A stretch of DNA of 64,000 nt. It comes from Candidatus Poribacteria bacterium (GTDB taxonomy: Bacteria; Poribacteria; WGA-4E; PCPOR2b). The stretch is from contig OZ220744.1 of assembly GCA_965116925.1 (NCBI GenBank), positions 96,001-160,000 on the forward strand, given 5' to 3'. Below are positions 1-9,862 of this stretch, piece after piece (the stretch's first letter is position 1; each line of letters starts with the position of its first letter). Below the pieces are notes generated by a model that worked only from the letters and a program-made list of their open reading frames with translations, had not been told where the DNA came from and made no database searches. The position numbers and the translations under genes were made by a program.

Positions 1-726
1 AACGCGGGTGCTCAAGATTCTCAAACCTTGCGGGGCACTGAACAACGTGTTTTGCACGGCCTACTAGAACTGAACGAGCCATATTGTGAACCTTTCCGCA
101 AGATGCTGGTACATCCGCAAATCATCATGCGCCTCAATGTGATGTGTGGGACGGGGTTCCGATTCGATCACGGCCCTTGGGTGACCGACAGTGTGCAAGG
201 CACCGAAGGACTGGTCATGCACGGACAAGGAGAACCACATAGACCCTACGTCGCTTATCATCACCAGAACAACAAAATGCACTGTGGGGGAGTGACTGTG
301 ACTTGGCAACTGTCTGATATCAACGCAGGCGAAGGTGGGTTCGCCTGTGTGCCCGGCAGCCACAAATCTAGATTTCCCATGCCTCACGGTGTGCGAACCT
401 GTGATGACGATATGGGCGTGGTGCTTCAACCGGAGATGAAAGCGGGAGACGTGATTTTCTTCATGGATGGTGCCCAATCCCACGGCACCCTCGCTTGGCG
501 TGCTGAACATCACCGGCGATCGGTGCTCTTCAAATATGCTGACCGGACCTCCGTGCGTACAGGTGTGGCAAGAGAAATCGCTCCGCCAGAAATCTATTGG
601 GGAGAAGAACTTGTTGAGGACATGACAGAGACACAGCGTGCTGTCATGTACGGACCTTGTTCATCACTGGGGACCACCAAGCTAACGGTGGACGGAGATG
701 GCACGGTTCGCGTTGAAAATGACTAG
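1..726 (+). CDS. PhyH-family Fe(II)/2-oxoglutarate dioxygenase (5' truncated by window edge)
   Basis: Frame open from base 1; GGFACVPGSHKS and MKAGDVIFF...HG motifs. Confidence 0.85.
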   Translation, partial: NAGAQDSQTLRGTEQRVLHGLLELNEPYCEPFRKMLVHPQIIMRLNVMCGTGFRFDHGPWVTDSVQGTEGLVMHGQGEPHRPYVAYHHQNNKMHCGGVTVTWQLSDINAGEGGFACVPGSHKSRFPMPHGVRTCDDDMGVVLQPEMKAGDVIFFMDGAQSHGTLAWRAEHHRRSVLFKYADRTSVRTGVAREIAPPEIYWGEELVEDMTETQRAVMYGPCSSLGTTKLTVDGDGTVRVEND

Positions 727-794
727 ATGTTTTGAAGTAAAAACTTTGCATCTGTTACAAAAGATAGGAGGGATAACGTCTAATATACCTGTTT

Positions 795-885
795 CGCTCA
801 TGTTAAGATTTAGCGCAAAGAGCCCGAGTTTTTTTTTGCAAACTCGGTTTTTCTTCGCGCTTTGCACTTTCTTTTTATATGAGCC
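795..885. mobile_element. MITE family A, copy 1 (ends CGCTCATG...ATGAGCC)
   Basis: Perfect 8-bp direct repeat ACCTGTTT at 787-794 and 886-893; internal CCGAGTTT/AAACTCGG palindrome; related copies at 19794, 53082, 53542, 55791. Confidence 0.85.
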
Positions 886-990
886 ACCTGTTTTTGAAAC
901 GGTTTTCTCTGGCTAAGCGTTTAGTCTTATTGAGAACTTTTTGTGTACCCGTATCGTGCCAATTGGTGTTAAAGGCTGACAAAAGCCAAT

Positions 991-1076
991 TATAGTGAAT
1001 TCTAAAAATAAATAGACACTTTCGCACCCTGGTAGGTGCGGTTTGGAGTGTCTCATTAATTCTAAAGTCCACTATA
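991..1076. mobile_element. MITE family B, copy 1 (TATAGTG...CACTATA, ~30-bp imperfect TIRs)
   Basis: Near-identical ends at 15555-15764 and 51771-51871. Confidence 0.8.
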
Positions 1077-1104
1077 AACACCAATTTAACGCCAGGAGAG
1101 AACG

Positions 1105-1386
1105 ATGTCTCTGACACGAGCAATAATATCTTGCTACGGCGCAATCAACCCATTAGTGGGGCTTTCGTCAACAGCCCTGCGTCTATATGGCGCGCTAGAG
1201 GTGTTTAGAGATACCTACCAATCCCCAATGAAGGATGGATGGTTCCGGGCACCTCAGCTCGATAAACGGCTACAACAAATTAGCTTATCCAAGTGGGAAA
1301 TTGAGAAGGGATTCACAGAACTGATAGACGCCGGATTGCTACAGATACGGACCGAACGCAACACTCGGTGGTTTCAACTTAAATGA
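1105..1386 (+). CDS. Small hypothetical protein, possible winged helix-turn-helix
   Basis: RBS AGGAG; ATGA overlap with maf; C-terminal ELIDAGLLQI...WFQL pattern resembles wHTH wings. Confidence 0.55.
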   Translation: MSLTRAIISCYGAINPLVGLSSTALRLYGALEVFRDTYQSPMKDGWFRAPQLDKRLQQISLSKWEIEKGFTELIDAGLLQIRTERNTRWFQLK

Positions 1387-1991
1387 TTGAAAGCCCCCAA
1401 TTATACAACACCCTCCCCAATATTGTCCTCGCCTCAAAATCACCACGCCGCGCAGATTTGCTCAAGCAGGTTGGTCTTGAATTTAAAGTATACCCCAGTG
1501 AAATAGAAGAACCTCAAATCACAACATCTCCAGCAGATGCTGTCCAAGAACTTGCCCTTACAAAAGCAAGAACGGTCGCTGCCAAGTTCGATGCAGGTAT
1601 AGTTCTCGGTGCAGATACCGTTGTTGTCATTGATGGTCAGCCAATCGGTAAACCGGAAAATGATGCACACGCTGTCGAAATCCTAACACAACTCAGCGGA
1701 AACCGACATGAAGTGATCACCGGTGTTGCATTAATTGATATCAAGCGGAAAAACGAAGTGGTATGGGCAGAAAAAACGACGGTCTATTTTAGGACACTAC
1801 ACCAATCGGAGATCTTCGCGTATATCCGTAGTGGCGAAGCGTCAGATAAGGCTGGTGCTTACGGGATACAAGGCAAAGCTGGTGCTTTCGTTGAGCGAAT
1901 CGAGGGATGTTACTTCAACGTGGTGGGTCTTCCGTTAGCGAGTCTAACTGTGCAGCTTCAGCAACTACTTGAGAACAACCCAAAACAGTAA
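1383..1991 (+). CDS. maf: Maf/YhdE nucleoside triphosphate pyrophosphatase
   Basis: LASKSPRR, GADTVV, DKAGAYGIQG, NVVGLP motifs. Confidence 0.95.
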   Translation: MIESPQLYNTLPNIVLASKSPRRADLLKQVGLEFKVYPSEIEEPQITTSPADAVQELALTKARTVAAKFDAGIVLGADTVVVIDGQPIGKPENDAHAVEILTQLSGNRHEVITGVALIDIKRKNEVVWAEKTTVYFRTLHQSEIFAYIRSGEASDKAGAYGIQGKAGAFVERIEGCYFNVVGLPLASLTVQLQQLLENNPKQ

Positions 1992-2150
1992 AAAAGAGTT
2001 GACTGCTGATACGTTGTTTTTAACCAAAATCCTTGTGTTGGTAAGTGATGAATCGAAAAGGCAATTCCAATCTTTAGAAAGACCGTAGTGGCTCATACCG
2101 TTCTGAGCTTTTGATAGAGTTTGACGATGGATTCTAATGGTTCCCCGAAC

Positions 2151-2813
2151 ATGAAAATTCTTGGTGTCGATACATCAACGCCCATCGGCAGCGTCGGTCT
2201 GATTGATGGAGAACGTTTCATTGCTGAACACACACTCAGCATTGTGAAAGCCCATTCATCTAGGCTGATGCCCGCTATAGACCAAATCTTAAAGTGGGGC
2301 GATCTGACTGTACACGATCTTGACGCATGTGCTGTTGGGATCGGTCCGGGGTCATTTACAGGCATCCGAATTGGGGTCGGCACAATTAAATCGCTCTGTT
2401 ACGCCCTCAAGAAACCGATCATCGGTATCTCAACGCTGGAAGCAATCGCATACAATCTCCGCTACACAGACAAACTAATCTGCCCAATCCTCGACGCACG
2501 AAAAGATGAAGTATACGGTGCAGTCTTTCGTGGAGGGCAAAATCTCCTGCGAAAGTCTGACGATCTTTGTGTGCCGATTGAGTCGTTGTTGAGTCAGATT
2601 GATGACGATGTGATTTTTGTTGGTGATGGTCTGCGGCGATACGCCCCCGTTGCTCAGGCGCAATTCGGCGAAGATGTGCCTCTTGCTGATCCGATTTTTA
2701 ACGTGCCGCGCGGCGCGAGTATCGCACGAATCGGCTATGACCGATTGCGTAATGGACAATCTAGCGATTACTTCTCACTGACGCCCAACTATGTTCGCGA
2801 CAGTGTCACATAA
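2151..2813 (+). CDS. tsaB: tRNA threonylcarbamoyladenosine biosynthesis protein TsaB
   Basis: MKILGVDTS, GPGSFTGIRIG, DARK, PNYVR motifs; start set at ATG 2151. Confidence 0.95.
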   Translation: MKILGVDTSTPIGSVGLIDGERFIAEHTLSIVKAHSSRLMPAIDQILKWGDLTVHDLDACAVGIGPGSFTGIRIGVGTIKSLCYALKKPIIGISTLEAIAYNLRYTDKLICPILDARKDEVYGAVFRGGQNLLRKSDDLCVPIESLLSQIDDDVIFVGDGLRRYAPVAQAQFGEDVPLADPIFNVPRGASIARIGYDRLRNGQSSDYFSLTPNYVRDSVT

Positions 2814-2845
2814 ATCACGCTCAAAGCATCATTGTCGTCCATTAA

Positions 2846-3817
2846 TTGAATATGCCGAAAGTCAGATTCTTTACTTTTTTATCCCCAGAAATAACACCCC
2901 TGCTGACCCAATATGCCCCACCGGGTTTTGAGGTCAGCGTACACGCAACTGATCTGCCAGATGAGGAGAAAATCCCTCTCGTGCAGGATGCGGACTTTCT
3001 GATCCTATTCCCCGGCCAAATCTCAGAACGGGTGCTACGATCCGCTCCCCACCTCAAACTAATTCAATTAGTCGCCGCGGGCTATGATAGCATGGATGTG
3101 AACCTGTGCCGAGAACTTGGCATTCCTGTTGCCAACAATGGGGGGGCGAATTCCATTGATGTCGCAGAGCATACTATCGGGCTCATACTGGGCTTTTATC
3201 GCCGTCTGATAGAGTTAGATCGCAATGTTCGGACAGACCAGTGGCGTGATATTGACACCGGATCTTCAACATATACCATCAACGGAAAGACCGTCGGAAT
3301 TGTAGGGCTTGGAAATATCGGAAGGCGTGTCGCTCATCTGTTGCGTGCCTTTGGAGCGCGCATCCTCTACTATGATCAGTATCCACCTATTCAGGACATA
3401 GAGTCGGAGCTTGGCGTAACTCGCACGGCATTGGAGGACCTGCTTCGAGAGTCAGACATTGTGACGGTGCATCTGCCTCTTACACCCGAAACCCGTGGCA
3501 TTATTGGCAGACATGAACTTTCTTTGTTGAAGTCCACAGCCGTACTCGTCAATACGTGTCGAGGTCCCATCGTGGACGAAGTCACTTTGACAGAAGTGCT
3601 AAGTGAACGACGCATCCTTGGAGCCGCCCTTGATGTCCTAGAGCAAGAACCACCGTCCCCAGACAATCCCCTTCTGAAGTTGGACAATGTGCTGCTCACG
3701 CCGCATGTCGCGGGTGTAACCTACGATACGTGGACGCGAAGGGGAGAATTTGTGTTCCAGAATCTTCAGCGGGTATGGGAAGGAGAGCCACCGCTAGCAG
3801 TCGTGCGGGAAAACTAA
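2846..3817 (+). CDS. D-isomer-specific 2-hydroxyacid dehydrogenase
   Basis: GIVGLGNIG, VNTCRG, LDVLEQEP, TPHVAG motifs. Confidence 0.92.
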   Translation: MNMPKVRFFTFLSPEITPLLTQYAPPGFEVSVHATDLPDEEKIPLVQDADFLILFPGQISERVLRSAPHLKLIQLVAAGYDSMDVNLCRELGIPVANNGGANSIDVAEHTIGLILGFYRRLIELDRNVRTDQWRDIDTGSSTYTINGKTVGIVGLGNIGRRVAHLLRAFGARILYYDQYPPIQDIESELGVTRTALEDLLRESDIVTVHLPLTPETRGIIGRHELSLLKSTAVLVNTCRGPIVDEVTLTEVLSERRILGAALDVLEQEPPSPDNPLLKLDNVLLTPHVAGVTYDTWTRRGEFVFQNLQRVWEGEPPLAVVREN

Positions 3818-3922
3818 TGATGGCAAGCAAATCCTACAATGTTTTCCTAACACTATGAGGGCACGAGCAGCTATCAGTTGGGCTAGCGTATTAAAGAAAC
3901 AAATCCATCATCAGGAGTTGAT

Positions 3923-5314
3923 ATGAGCACAAAAAATCCATATTTGCAAATAGATCAACAGATGGTTGGTAACATTTACACATCGCGGGAGGTGATGGAC
4001 AACCTCACCGTGTTGTGCGACGACTTCGGATCCCGGTTCGCAGGTACGCCAGACGAGCGCAGGGCTGCAGACTTCATCTGCGAGACTTTTAACCGTTACG
4101 GTCTCAAAGACGCTCGATTGGAGTCCTATTCCTACGCAGGTTGGTCACGAGGCGCGGCAACGTTGGAAATTATCGAGCCGATCCAAAGATCACTTCACTG
4201 CATCTCACTACCCTACTGTCCCGCTGACGACACTACGGCGGAATTAATCTCTGTCGGCTATGGCAGTCCCGCAGATTACGAGGCCCTAGGTGATGAGATG
4301 AAGGACCGTATCGTAATGGCGGGCAGCGCATCTCCCCCTGACCTGGGACGATGGGTGCATCGCAAGGAAAAATATGAACGTTCCGTTTTGGGCGGTGCGA
4401 GTGCCTTTATTTTTATCAGCGAAAGCCCCGGCGTCGGACCCGAAACAGGGAGCCTACAAAACGACCAACCTGCTCCTATTCCGGGTATCTCGATATGCAA
4501 GGAGGATGGCGAATTTCTGACGCGGCTGATGGAGCGGAAGGGGACAGTTAAACTACGCCTTCACACAACCGACCTCAATGAGCCCCGAACCTCGTGGAAC
4601 GTCGTCGCCGATCTGCCGGGAAAGGAAAATCCCGATGAGATGGTGATTTTGGGGTGTCATTACGATGGGCACGACATCTCGCAGGGTGCCGTTGATCCGG
4701 CGTCAGGTATGGTACTCGTCATCGAAGCCGCACGGGTGCTCGCTCTGTATGCCGGTGAACAACTCAAGCGAACGGTTCGATTCCTCGGCTTCGGCACCGA
4801 GGAAATTGGGTTAACCGGTGCCTTTCGCTATGCAGACGCCCATGAGGGCGAACTAGATAGCGTTCGTTTCATGTATAATCTTGATGCAGCAGGCGGTTCG
4901 AGCCGAAAAGGTGTGGTGCTGCATCGTTGGCAAGACTTAGCACCGTTCTTCCGAAATGCCGCAAAGGAACTTGCAGCTGACATTCCTGTCGGTCAGCATA
5001 TGCATCCCTATTCTGATCACTTCCCCTTCGTCCTAAAAGGTGTTCCAACAGGCCACATGGGTGACCCCGACGCCCCGCCTTCGGGCAGAGGTTATGGGCA
5101 TACGGCGTACGATACGCTAGACAAAGTGGAGCTGGAAAATCTGCGAAAAGGAAGTTCGGCGGCGGCCCGACTGGCATTGCGAATAGCCAACGCTGATCAT
5201 TTTCCCGCCCAACGCCGGAATGATGAAGCCGTTCAGGCACTCATCGACACGGATCCGGGCTTGGAAGGATACCGTGTATCGCTGGAGTTGAGGAGGGAAC
5301 CTCAACCAGCGTAG
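3923..5314 (+). CDS. M28-family aminopeptidase with PA domain
   Basis: GCHYD, GAVD, TEEIGL, NLD, SDHFPF, GHT..D motifs. Confidence 0.9.
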   Translation: MSTKNPYLQIDQQMVGNIYTSREVMDNLTVLCDDFGSRFAGTPDERRAADFICETFNRYGLKDARLESYSYAGWSRGAATLEIIEPIQRSLHCISLPYCPADDTTAELISVGYGSPADYEALGDEMKDRIVMAGSASPPDLGRWVHRKEKYERSVLGGASAFIFISESPGVGPETGSLQNDQPAPIPGISICKEDGEFLTRLMERKGTVKLRLHTTDLNEPRTSWNVVADLPGKENPDEMVILGCHYDGHDISQGAVDPASGMVLVIEAARVLALYAGEQLKRTVRFLGFGTEEIGLTGAFRYADAHEGELDSVRFMYNLDAAGGSSRKGVVLHRWQDLAPFFRNAAKELAADIPVGQHMHPYSDHFPFVLKGVPTGHMGDPDAPPSGRGYGHTAYDTLDKVELENLRKGSSAAARLALRIANADHFPAQRRNDEAVQALIDTDPGLEGYRVSLELRREPQPA

Positions 5315-5399
5315 AGAAAAAATTACCAGCAAAAATGGATTGCTCCGTGCTTTCCTGCTTCTGATTAGATTTTTTTGGGAATGAGGAATTGCACACCTA

Positions 5400-7310
5400 T
5401 CAGGGATGCCAAAAATTATATAGTTCAGGCCAATTGAGACAAAGACCAAGAATTGTCCAGATGCCAGTCACTGTAAATTCCCCTAGTATCAATCCGAGGA
5501 ACAAGGGAGCAATTTGCCTATATCGCATAATTCCCCCATATCGTAGAATAAACCACTTCAAGATCCAAGCCACCAGCAAACAGGTCCACAAAAAGCTCAT
5601 CCCAAAACTTCCCCCCAGCGCATAGCCCATCGGATGGAGGGGCCACCAAACAAATCGTGCTCTCATAAACGCCAAAAAGGACGCGACCACAGCCCCCAAC
5701 CCCATCAGAGCCATGTGAATATAATCCACTTCTGTCGGATTGCGTAACCAGTCTTGTAGGTAAAACCAGACCTCTGCTCCCCAGCGTGGATAAGGTGTAT
5801 TCTCAAGACCGTAGCGATAACTGAGGTGGAGTAGGAGCCAGAAAATTACTACGATTCCAAAAGCGCACGCCAACAGCATTGACCAGAAAGCCCTTTTAGG
5901 ACTCATTCGACTTCTTGAGGCAATCTTAAACCCTTCCAATTGATGCGGCATGATGTGGCTCAGGTAGATACGACTGATATGCCAGAAGAACGGCATGGCG
6001 ACAAGCGTCCGTTGCGACAAATTCGCAGTCCCGAACGCAGAGGTAATCATCTGAATCGGACCCCCAAAGTGAACATCGTGGAGTGGGAAGCCAAATTCAG
6101 CGCGAAGTCGAGTGATGCATGTTGAGATGTAATAATAAAAAAGGACAAAGCCTATTGCCACGCCCATTGTCATGCCAGCCTTATAACAGAATAACATAAG
6201 AATGATCATCCCGCAGATCATTCCACACCATGCCGTTACATATGACATTGGGGCCTCCTCGATCTCCCGCTCTCTATTTCCGATAACAGATTGCTGTCGG
6301 ACTCGCACCATGTGTCGCGCTGCCCGCCAAATCGCAATCGCTAAAACAGCACAGTATGCCCCAACCGATTCTTGCACGATATAGACATGCCGACCATAGC
6401 CCGGATATGTATGCCAACCTGCGAAAGCACCCACAACCCGCATCGCTTGCCAATAAAGATAGAAGAACCAACACGAAAACAGGACATCAAGAGGCATGAA
6501 GAAACTTAACCCAATAATCGAAGGGATAAATGAGACTCGCATTGCCCAGAGCGCGTTCCACGGTTCCTCTGTAAAGATGTAGCCGATATGTCTAAATTGG
6601 ACAAATGTTAATCCCGGGAAACTCGGATACAAGAAATGGAGTCCATTTACGATATTAATCCCCGCAGTAATAGCAAATCCAATCCACATCATTCGACTAT
6701 ATCCACCCAACTGGACTAGAGTCAGCGGAATCTCAGCGATCGGATAAGCGAGTTTCTCGTGTTCAATCCACTGCCTGCGGACGATAATATTAATGCACAA
6801 CATGACAAAGACGAGGACAAGGGTAAAAAATGACCACCAGAGCAGTGGAGGTAGCCATGCTGCCAAATGGCGGGCTGTATATAAGTTGGCTTCGCCGCGA
6901 TAATACCCTATCAGAACGGACGGTTCGTTAACAATAAGCCATTGGGGAAGGTCTTTGTGGAACAGTTGTCGCCAATCATTTTCTGGCGTCGCTCCCCAAA
7001 AGGGATAGGTGATGACATGGGGTATGACTGTCAACTGGGCGGTATAGGAGCAGAGTGATGACACCATGTTGACCATGATATAAATGGTCAATAGCTCCCT
7101 GTTGTCAAAGGCGAGTTTCGGCGTAAATCGGCGCAGCAGTCGATTCAATAAAAAGAGCACCCAGAGCGTAAAGACTGCATTAAAAAACAAAGAAAAAAAC
7201 GTCGCGCCAAAAGCTCTCCGGAGGCTCTCCATCTGTATGAGCCAGTAACAATTCATGACGATGAGCACACACCCGACCATCCATGCCCGTGCGATGGATT
7301 GCATTTTCAA
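5400..7310 (-). CDS. Polytopic membrane protein, DUF6785/DUF6784-like
   Basis: RRQWIEHEKLAYPI and WWPLHPMGY motifs; many TM segments. Confidence 0.75.
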   Translation of the reverse strand: MKMQSIARAWMVGCVLIVMNCYWLIQMESLRRAFGATFFSLFFNAVFTLWVLFLLNRLLRRFTPKLAFDNRELLTIYIMVNMVSSLCSYTAQLTVIPHVITYPFWGATPENDWRQLFHKDLPQWLIVNEPSVLIGYYRGEANLYTARHLAAWLPPLLWWSFFTLVLVFVMLCINIIVRRQWIEHEKLAYPIAEIPLTLVQLGGYSRMMWIGFAITAGINIVNGLHFLYPSFPGLTFVQFRHIGYIFTEEPWNALWAMRVSFIPSIIGLSFFMPLDVLFSCWFFYLYWQAMRVVGAFAGWHTYPGYGRHVYIVQESVGAYCAVLAIAIWRAARHMVRVRQQSVIGNREREIEEAPMSYVTAWCGMICGMIILMLFCYKAGMTMGVAIGFVLFYYYISTCITRLRAEFGFPLHDVHFGGPIQMITSAFGTANLSQRTLVAMPFFWHISRIYLSHIMPHQLEGFKIASRSRMSPKRAFWSMLLACAFGIVVIFWLLLHLSYRYGLENTPYPRWGAEVWFYLQDWLRNPTEVDYIHMALMGLGAVVASFLAFMRARFVWWPLHPMGYALGGSFGMSFLWTCLLVAWILKWFILRYGGIMRYRQIAPLFLGLILGEFTVTGIWTILGLCLNWPELYNFWHP

Positions 7311-7453
7311 AGCCCTCGTATATTAACGTGAATCTGGTAAGGATGTAGACGGTGCTTGGTGTCATGCGGCTGGAAGCGGCGGGTGCCACTACACCACGGC
7401 TCTAAGTCCTGAACCTGTCAAGGCTCGAATGCCTCAAGTTATTGCCTAACATT

Positions 7454-8185
7454 TCAGAGCGGTTTGCCCCGAAGTGCCTCGCGGCACTGGGTCACGCCGT
7501 TACCTGTAACATTATAGGCGAAGGTATTCATTCGTCGAGGGTACGTTGATGTGTTGGCAGCGGAGCCATGAATAATTAGTGCGTTAAAAAAAACACCAGC
7601 CCCCGGCTCCATCTCTACTGGGACGGCATCATCTCGTTCATGGTAGTGTCCCGGCAGAAACAGGCGAAACTTCTCTTGTCCCCGTTCATGTTCCTGTAAC
7701 CCCCATTTATGGCTGCCAGGGACAAATTGGATACACCCGTTCTCCTGTGTTGTTGCGTCAATTGCGAGTTGGCAGTTTACCATCAGTGGACGGTTATCGT
7801 CCAGATCCCAGTAAGCATAATCCTGATGCCAAGGAATTGACGTGCCATCTTTGGCATCTTTGGGGAGTAGTTTGCTGTGAAACAGTGAGATGTCGGGACC
7901 AATCAGTTGCTCGATAATATCCAGCATTGCGTCCGAACGCAAGATTTTGTTCAGGGTTGGACTAACCAGTTCGCTCTGCATCAGCTGTTTAATCCGCGAC
8001 GACGTGTTTGGGTCATCAAATTGCTCCCACGCCACCTCGACGCCGTCAATTGATTGTTTTGCCATCCGACTGTGGATGTCATGGATTTCCGCTTGAACTT
8101 TTTCAAGCTCTTCGGATGAGACAAGCCCTTGCTTTAGCACATAACCGTTCTCGTCGTAAAATTGCTTTTCGTCAGATGTAAGCAT
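7454..8185 (-). CDS. PhyH-family dioxygenase
   Basis: PWHQD, VPGSH, IIHGS..N motifs. Confidence 0.92.
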   Translation of the reverse strand: MLTSDEKQFYDENGYVLKQGLVSSEELEKVQAEIHDIHSRMAKQSIDGVEVAWEQFDDPNTSSRIKQLMQSELVSPTLNKILRSDAMLDIIEQLIGPDISLFHSKLLPKDAKDGTSIPWHQDYAYWDLDDNRPLMVNCQLAIDATTQENGCIQFVPGSHKWGLQEHERGQEKFRLFLPGHYHERDDAVPVEMEPGAGVFFNALIIHGSAANTSTYPRRMNTFAYNVTGNGVTQCREALRGKPL

Positions 8186-8289
8186 AAGCGTTATTTCTCC
8201 TTGACCTGAAGTCTCGGCAAGATAGGTATTCTAATATCCCGATTAATCGGGGCGGGGTTTCACTCGACTGTACCAATGAACTTTTGATA

Positions 8290-9498
8290 TTATGTCCGGT
8301 AGTCCGCATTGATGCTAATATAATCGTGGGAATAGTCGCACGTCCACATGGTGACAGATGCCTCGCCGGCATTCAGATCGACAGTAATCGTCACAGTATC
8401 CTTGGAAAACAGTTCCGTTGCTTTATCCTCATCAAACCCTGCGTCCATTCCATCCTTAACCAGTTGATAGTCACCGAGCCAAACATCCACCTGATACGGG
8501 TCAAATTCCGCGCCCGATTTTCCTGCCGCCATCATGATACGTCCCCAATTTGCGTCTGAGCCGAAAACAGCGGTCTTCACGAGAGGCGATTCCGCGATTG
8601 CACGGGCTGCCATCTCTCCTTCCGTTTCGTTCTTCGCGCCGTTTACAACCACCTCGACCAACTTCGTTGCACCCTCTCCGTCTCGCGCGATCTTCTTCGC
8701 TAACTCAATGCAAGCAGAGTCGAGTGCTTCACAGAATGCCTCGTAGTCATCATCAGTTGTTGCCGTAATTTCTGGGTTTCCTGCACTGCCCGTTGCCAAG
8801 ATTAGCACCGTGTCGTTTGTGCTGCTATCCGTATCAATCGTCATACGATTGAAAGACTTCGCGGCGGAGTCGCGTAACGCCTGCTGTAGCGGCTCACCGG
8901 TGATATTCACATCTGTTGCCAGAAAAGCGAGCATCGTAGCCATATTCGGAGCAATCATTCCTGCCCCTTTTGTCATGCCACCAATCCGAACGGTTTTTCC
9001 CCCAACTTCAAACTCCACGGCAATTTCTTTGGGGACGGTATCTGTTGTCATGATTGCAAGGGCAGCGTCATGTCCTCCATCTGGGTCCAACGCCGGCGCA
9101 GCAAGACGGATGCCGTTAGTAATTAAATCCATCGGTAACTGCTGCCCAATGACTCCCGTCGAAGCCACTAATACGAGACCTGGATCGATGCCGAGTGCTT
9201 CCCCCACTAATGAAGCCATCTGTCGCGCGTTCTTCATGCCGACCTCGCCCGTACATGCGTTAGCATTCTTGCTGTTGATGACAATCGCTTGACCCGCGTT
9301 GTCACTGAGATTTTCACGGCACACCAAAACAACCGGGGCACACACACGATTTTTTGTGAAAACACCCGCCGCAACCGCCGGTGCATCCGCTGCTATCAAA
9401 GCGACATCCTTTTCATTATCCGGCTTCAATCCAGCGTGGACGCCGGTCGCCTTCAACCCCGGTACTGCGGTTATTCCGCCATCAATCTGTTTCATCAC
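8290..9498 (-). CDS. argJ: Bifunctional ornithine acetyltransferase/N-acetylglutamate synthase
   Basis: NANACTG, STGVIG, IMTTD, KGAGMIAPNMATML, DGEGATK, NADYRT. Confidence 0.97.
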   Translation of the reverse strand: MMKQIDGGITAVPGLKATGVHAGLKPDNEKDVALIAADAPAVAAGVFTKNRVCAPVVLVCRENLSDNAGQAIVINSKNANACTGEVGMKNARQMASLVGEALGIDPGLVLVASTGVIGQQLPMDLITNGIRLAAPALDPDGGHDAALAIMTTDTVPKEIAVEFEVGGKTVRIGGMTKGAGMIAPNMATMLAFLATDVNITGEPLQQALRDSAAKSFNRMTIDTDSSTNDTVLILATGSAGNPEITATTDDDYEAFCEALDSACIELAKKIARDGEGATKLVEVVVNGAKNETEGEMAARAIAESPLVKTAVFGSDANWGRIMMAAGKSGAEFDPYQVDVWLGDYQLVKDGMDAGFDEDKATELFSKDTVTITVDLNAGEASVTMWTCDYSHDYISINADYRT

Positions 9499-9564
9499 CG
9501 TTCTCCATTGGATAAATATTTGATTTCCTTCTCTGCTCCTATCACATTCCGAATTTGTCCGTCA

Positions 9565-9593
9565 ATTATAGCGATTCACGCGGGAATTGTCAA
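9565..9593 (-). promoter_or_regulatory. Sigma70 promoter for argJ
   Basis: Perfect TTGACA-17-TATAAT on minus strand. Confidence 0.8.
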
Positions 9594-9706
9594 TCGCCAA
9601 TCTGTAGGAGGGATCTCCGAATCCCAACACGTCGCTCAAAAATGAGACAACTGATGGGAAATTCTATTTTCAATTGTTCACGAATGACTTTGATGGTATA
9701 ATGCAC

Positions 9707-9821
9707 GGGACTTACGCACTCCAGATTGTAGTTGCCCGATTTATCGGGCGTCGGCAACGATGTCCAGAGGCGATGAATCGCCGAACTACAAGGCTTTGAC
9801 CGTTCAACTGCGTAAATTCTA
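9707..9821. mobile_element. MITE family C, copy 1 (GGACTTACGCA...TGCGTAAATTCTA) enclosing a GTAG-type REP doublet
   Basis: Shares ends and GTAGTTGCCCGATTTA.CGGGC / GGCGAT.AATCGCCGAACTAC palindromes with 48664-48880. Confidence 0.7.
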
Positions 9822-9862
9822 ATGCAATTAGGATATGCAAACCACTAATCGAGTCCATCTAA

